64,000 nucleotides of DNA from Candidatus Cloacimonadota bacterium (GTDB taxonomy: Bacteria; Cloacimonadota; Cloacimonadia; G963667145). The position numbers and the translations under genes are program-made. The notes under the pieces were generated by a model, which was not told the DNA's origin, searched no databases, and saw nothing but the letters and a program-made list of their open reading frames with translations. The stretch covers positions 416,001-480,000 of the forward strand of contig OY762940.1 of the NCBI GenBank assembly GCA_963667255.1. The letters are read 5' to 3'. Each line of letters begins with the position of its first letter. The first letter of the stretch is position 1. This document shows, piece by piece, positions 60,145 through 64,000 of the stretch.

Positions 60145-60385
60145 CTCTAACTTCTTGTATATCAAGAACAAAAAAATATCACAGAAAAACACAAAGTGAA
60201 CAACCTCCCGAAAAACAGTGATTTACAGGCACACTGAAAAGCTAACCTATTGATTTGAAAGAAGTTGCAAAATGTGCATAAGTAGTGCAAAACCGTGGAT
60301 AAACATGGTGCAAAACAACATATCTTCCTGATATTCAGTGAGTAAAAAGTGGAAATTCATAGTTTTCTTTATTGTGGATTTCTCT
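60145..60385. promoter_or_regulatory. Cluster of DnaA-box-like 9-mers and IHF-like 25-mers
   Basis: TGTGCATAA at 60273, CGTGGATAA at 60294 and weaker boxes; 25-mers at 60148, 60201, 60243 and 60321. Confidence 0.55.
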
Positions 60386-60449
60386 TGTCAAAAGTTGAGA
60401 ATAAAAAATCTTGATTAGGTTTAAAATTTGAAAGAGGGAGTTGTAAAAA

Positions 60450-61160
60450 ATGAGTAACGAACTTTTGTGGATAGTGTTCATGGTAGTAAATTTCGGGCTG
60501 ATTCTGCTTTTTTATCGTTTTTACGGGAAAGCTGGTTTGTTCGCTTGGATATCGATGGCTACTATTTTGGCGAATATTCAGGTGCTAAAAACCGTGGAAA
60601 TTTTCGGAATGGTGGCGACTCTCGGCAACATAATGTATGCGACGAGTTTTCTAGCAACGGACATTTTGAGCGAAAATCACGGGAAAGCGGATGCTCGCAC
60701 GGGAATGTTTTTGGGATTTGGCTCTATGGTTGTGATGCTCATCGTGATGCAAATCGCTTTGCTCTTCTCTCCCCACGAGAGCGATTTTATCCAAGGGAGT
60801 TTGCAGCAGGTTTTCGGGATAATGCCACGAGTTGTCTTCGGGTCTGTAGTCGCCTATCTCCTTAGCCAATATCACGATATTTGGGCATTTTCTTTCTGGA
60901 GAAAACGCAGTAGCAAGCTGTGGGTTGCCAACAATCTTTCCACTATGGTCAGCCAATTACTGGACACTTTTATCTTCTCTTTCATAGCATTTTTCGGACT
61001 ATTCCCTATGGATGTTTGGTGGCAGATAGTCCTGACTACATATCTATTTAAATGGATTACGGCTCTGTGTGATACGCCATTTATTTATCTCGCTCAAAAA
61101 ATAGGACAAAAAAATTTGACACGCAAACAAGCACGAACGGGAATAGATAGGCAGTTTTAA
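60450..61160 (+). CDS. Queuosine precursor transporter (YhhQ/Vut_1 family)
   Basis: ANIQVLK, TLGN, FLATDILSE, SQYHD, NNLSTMVSQLLDT, DTPFIY. Confidence 0.9.
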   Translation: MSNELLWIVFMVVNFGLILLFYRFYGKAGLFAWISMATILANIQVLKTVEIFGMVATLGNIMYATSFLATDILSENHGKADARTGMFLGFGSMVVMLIVMQIALLFSPHESDFIQGSLQQVFGIMPRVVFGSVVAYLLSQYHDIWAFSFWRKRSSKLWVANNLSTMVSQLLDTFIFSFIAFFGLFPMDVWWQIVLTTYLFKWITALCDTPFIYLAQKIGQKNLTRKQARTGIDRQF

Positions 61161-61197
61161 AATTTTAAGAAACAAAAAATTTATTTTAAGGAGATTT

Positions 61198-62421
61198 ATG
61201 ATGAGCGTTGCTAAAAAAATCATGGAATTGGCTGAGAAGTATAGAGATTATACAGCTCAAAATCTCGCCAAATTGGTCAACATTCCTTCCGAGAGTATGC
61301 AAGAAGAGGGAGTGCAAAGAGAGTTGAAAAGACAAATGGAAGAAGCCGGCTTTGACGAAGTTATTATCGATGGACTCGGCAATGTGCTTGGTCGCGTGGG
61401 CAACGGTCCTATTGTTTTGGCGATTGACGGGCATATGGACACAGTTGGTGTGGGTAATATGGCTAACTGGGATTTCGACCCTTATTGCGGAGAGATAAAA
61501 GACGGCAAGATTTTCGGTCGTGGCACGGTTGACCAGGAGGGTGGTCCTGCTGCTGCTGTTACTGCCGGTCGCATTCTCAAAGAGCTCGGACTTGGCGACA
61601 AAGTTACTTACTGGGCTGTAGGCTCGGTAATGGAAGAGGATTGCGATGGTCTTTGCTGGAACTACATCGTGGAAGAGCACGGGTTGAAGCCTGATTTTGC
61701 TATTTCCACAGAGCCAACTAATATGAATATCTATCGTGGACATCGCGGTAGAATGGAGATTGGCGTATCTTTCCGCGGGATTTCTTGCCACGGTTCTGCT
61801 CCCGAGAGAGGTAAAAACGCTATCTATATGGCTTCCAAAGTTTTGGTGGAGATAGAGAAATTGAACGAAAATCTGCAACCTGACGAGGGCAATTTCTTGG
61901 GCAAAGGCACTGTTACCGTTTCTCACATCGAGTCTGGTTCTCCATCGCTTTGTGCTGTTGCCGATTCTGCGTATTTCCACTTGGATCGCCGTCTTACTTG
62001 GGGCGAGACCGAAGAGTCCGCTTGCAAAGAGATTCAAGATATTATCGACAGATTAGGTTTCACAGATGAGGCCAAAGTGGAAGTGCTTGAGTATAAAGAA
62101 AAGGCTTGGACAGGTTTGGAATACGGAATGAAGAAATATTTCCCAACTTGGAAATTGGACGAGTCGGAGCCAGTGGTGCAAGTTGGCGTGGAGAGCTTTA
62201 GAGAGCTTTTTAACAAAGAGCCTAAAGTTGACAAATGGACTTTCTCTACCAACGGTGTTACCATCAATGGTAAGCACAAAATCCCTATGATTGGTTTCGG
62301 TCCGGGCAACGAAGTTTTGGCTCACGCTCCCAACGAGTGGTGTCCACTGGAAGACCTCGTAATGGCGTCCGCTTTCTATGCTATGTATGCCGTTAAATTA
62401 GGCGACACCGTAAAAAAATAG
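61198..62421 (+). CDS. YgeY-family M20 metallohydrolase
   Basis: DGHMDTVG, GRGTVDQEGG, EEDCDGLCW, RGHRGRME, FSTNG, GFGPG..LAH. Confidence 0.88.
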   Translation: MMSVAKKIMELAEKYRDYTAQNLAKLVNIPSESMQEEGVQRELKRQMEEAGFDEVIIDGLGNVLGRVGNGPIVLAIDGHMDTVGVGNMANWDFDPYCGEIKDGKIFGRGTVDQEGGPAAAVTAGRILKELGLGDKVTYWAVGSVMEEDCDGLCWNYIVEEHGLKPDFAISTEPTNMNIYRGHRGRMEIGVSFRGISCHGSAPERGKNAIYMASKVLVEIEKLNENLQPDEGNFLGKGTVTVSHIESGSPSLCAVADSAYFHLDRRLTWGETEESACKEIQDIIDRLGFTDEAKVEVLEYKEKAWTGLEYGMKKYFPTWKLDESEPVVQVGVESFRELFNKEPKVDKWTFSTNGVTINGKHKIPMIGFGPGNEVLAHAPNEWCPLEDLVMASAFYAMYAVKLGDTVKK

Positions 62422-62445
62422 TTTGATTGTTTCAATAACATTGAT

Positions 62446-62476
62446 AAGGAAACTGTATCAACAGTTTCCTTTTTTA
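62446..62476 (+). terminator. Intrinsic terminator
   Basis: AAGGAAACTGT/ACAGTTTCCTTTTTT. Confidence 0.8.
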
Positions 62477-62621
62477 TTAGCACAAAAAAATGATTGGTAG
62501 AGGGAAAAACCAATCGCAACCGTCAAAGATTTGTCGTTAAAAGTTTGACAAAAGTTCCGTTGTTTTTCACTTGAAATTGATTGAAATTTTAATAGATTAG
62601 TAAGATCATTGGAGGTATAAA

Positions 62622-63326
62622 ATGCAACAAAATATAATTTATGAAAACAGTTCGGTTAGTCAGTCGCTGGTCGCCAGATTTATGTATGCGACATATCTAT
62701 GGATGGGTATCGGTCTGTGCGTTACGGGATTTGTAGCAATGGCAGTAGCGTCTATGCCGTCTGTATTGGCTTTCTTTTATTACAATAGAATAATGCTTTT
62801 CGGCGTTCTCATCGCCGAGATTGGCTTAGTCTTTTATTTGGCGTCGCATCTGATGAAGATGGAATATTCCAAAGCAAGAAACCTGTTTTTGGTCTATGCA
62901 GTTCTCAACGGAATCTCCATGGCAGGCATCTTCATCGTCTATACAGGCTCGTCCATCTCGGCCACTTTTTTGGTAACAGCAGTGACTTTCGGGATAATGT
63001 GTTTATACGGCTACATCACCAAAACAGACCTTTCTCGCTTCGGCAATATTTTGTTCATGGGCTTGATAGGGATTATCGTAGCTTCGTTCGCCAATATGTT
63101 TTTCGCTTCCAGTGGATTTTCCAGAGCGATTACCTACATCGGAGTCCTTCTCTTCTGTGGGATTACCGCTTACGATACGCAATATCTAAAAAGAGTTGCT
63201 CTCTCCACCACGGACGAAACTGCTTTGCTCAAACTGTCGCTCTACGGGGCGTTGAAGCTGTATTTGGATTTCATCAATATGTTTATGTTTATGCTCCGCC
63301 TGATGAGTGCTGGCGGCAGAGATTAA
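62622..63326 (+). CDS. Bax inhibitor-1/YccA family membrane protein
   Basis: TYLWM, TKTDLS, TAYDTQ, ALKLYLDFINMF. Confidence 0.92.
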   Translation: MQQNIIYENSSVSQSLVARFMYATYLWMGIGLCVTGFVAMAVASMPSVLAFFYYNRIMLFGVLIAEIGLVFYLASHLMKMEYSKARNLFLVYAVLNGISMAGIFIVYTGSSISATFLVTAVTFGIMCLYGYITKTDLSRFGNILFMGLIGIIVASFANMFFASSGFSRAITYIGVLLFCGITAYDTQYLKRVALSTTDETALLKLSLYGALKLYLDFINMFMFMLRLMSAGGRD

Positions 63327-63357
63327 AGAAGTTTAGAACCATTCAAGGAGAAATTTT

Positions 63358-63735
63358 ATGAAAGAGTTAATCAAGACAGGCAAAGCACCTGCGGCTATCG
63401 GTCCGTATTCGCAAGCAACCAAAGTCGGAAACCTTTTGTTTGTGTCGGGGCAATTGCCTCTTGACCCAAAAACAATGGAATTTGTCGGAGACGACATCGT
63501 CTCTCAAACCGAGCAATCTCTAAAAAATCTGATTGCCATTGTTGAGGCTGCCGGCTCCAGTGTAGAGAAGATTGCCAAGGTGAACATCTTTCTTGCCGAC
63601 ATCAAAGATTTTGCAGCTATGAACGAAGTTTACGCCAAGTTCTTCACCGCAAATCCTCCGGCTCGTGCAGCGGTGGAGGTTGCCAATTTGCCCAAATACG
63701 CCAAGGTGGAGATAGAGGCTGTCGCTGAATGTTAA
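63358..63735 (+). CDS. ridA: RidA family enamine/imine deaminase
   Basis: APAAIGPYSQA, SGQ, PPARAAV, LPK..VEIE. Confidence 0.93.
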   Translation: MKELIKTGKAPAAIGPYSQATKVGNLLFVSGQLPLDPKTMEFVGDDIVSQTEQSLKNLIAIVEAAGSSVEKIAKVNIFLADIKDFAAMNEVYAKFFTANPPARAAVEVANLPKYAKVEIEAVAEC

Positions 63736-64000
63736 ACTATCCGAACTTTGACCCCACTATCGTCAAAATCGGCTTCTTGCAAATTCGTTGGTATGGAGTT
63801 TGCTACCTAATCAGCATTGTTTTCGGCTACCTTTTCTACAGAGATGTGATGCTGTGGCGAGGAGTAAAAATCAGCAAGAAACTTTACGAGGACTTGCTTT
63901 TTTACTTGATAATGGGCGTAATATTCGGCGGTCGATTAGGCTATGTTTTATTCTACAACTTGTCCTATTATCTGTCCAATCCGTTAGAGATTTTCGCAGT
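63729..64000 (+). CDS. lgt: Prolipoprotein diacylglyceryl transferase (5' part; runs off the window; absent from the ORF track)
   Basis: ATG at 63729: MLNYPNFDPTIVKIGFLQIRWYG...GGRLGYVLFY. Confidence 0.88.
   Translation, partial: MLNYPNFDPTIVKIGFLQIRWYGVCYLISIVFGYLFYRDVMLWRGVKISKKLYEDLLFYLIMGVIFGGRLGYVLFYNLSYYLSNPLEIFA

Noticed and set aside
60386..60449. preQ1 riboswitch ahead of the queuosine-precursor transporter
   Set aside because: No preQ1 stem or pseudoknot pattern visible; the leader after the candidate promoter is short
1..64000. tRNA, rRNA, IS or transposase genes
   Set aside because: None recognised by eye; tRNAscan, Rfam and IS searches would be needed to exclude them fully

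Overview
A 64-kb stretch of core chromosome from a diderm, LPS-making anaerobe (lptCAB, kdsC, lolA, hydG, nfnAB). An FCB-group organism such as a Cloacimonadota is my inference and has not been checked. The window appears to span the replication origin: genes run mostly on the - strand left of about 32 kb and on the + strand to the right, dnaA lies at 36.7-38.1 kb without dnaN, and a parS palindrome sits inside ftsK. Most genes are housekeeping, with a few solitary low-GC inserts. The most notable signals are: (1) a deep A-rich trough centred on dnaA, with an oriC-like spacer whose DnaA boxes read TAATA(A/C)ACA ahead of DnaA-trio-like repeats; (2) a second cluster of DnaA boxes and IHF-like sites 22 kb away (datA/DARS-like); (3) an AbiF/Abi_2 HEPN toxin gene preceded by a promoter and a structured small RNA ending in a U-tract (type III toxin-antitoxin-like); (4) a recurring promoter-like motif, TTGAC(A/T)-N20-TTG; (5) a prfB +1 frameshift at non-canonical GTT-TGA; (6) a 17-bp x4 repeat containing the ribosome-binding site of an orphan lipoprotein; (7) a PTS-EIIA/CBS fusion gene coupled to a transporter, a catalytically dead HtrA, a recycling-type EF-G paralog and a frameshifted xseA. 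All calls come from reading the sequence by eye; no searches were run.
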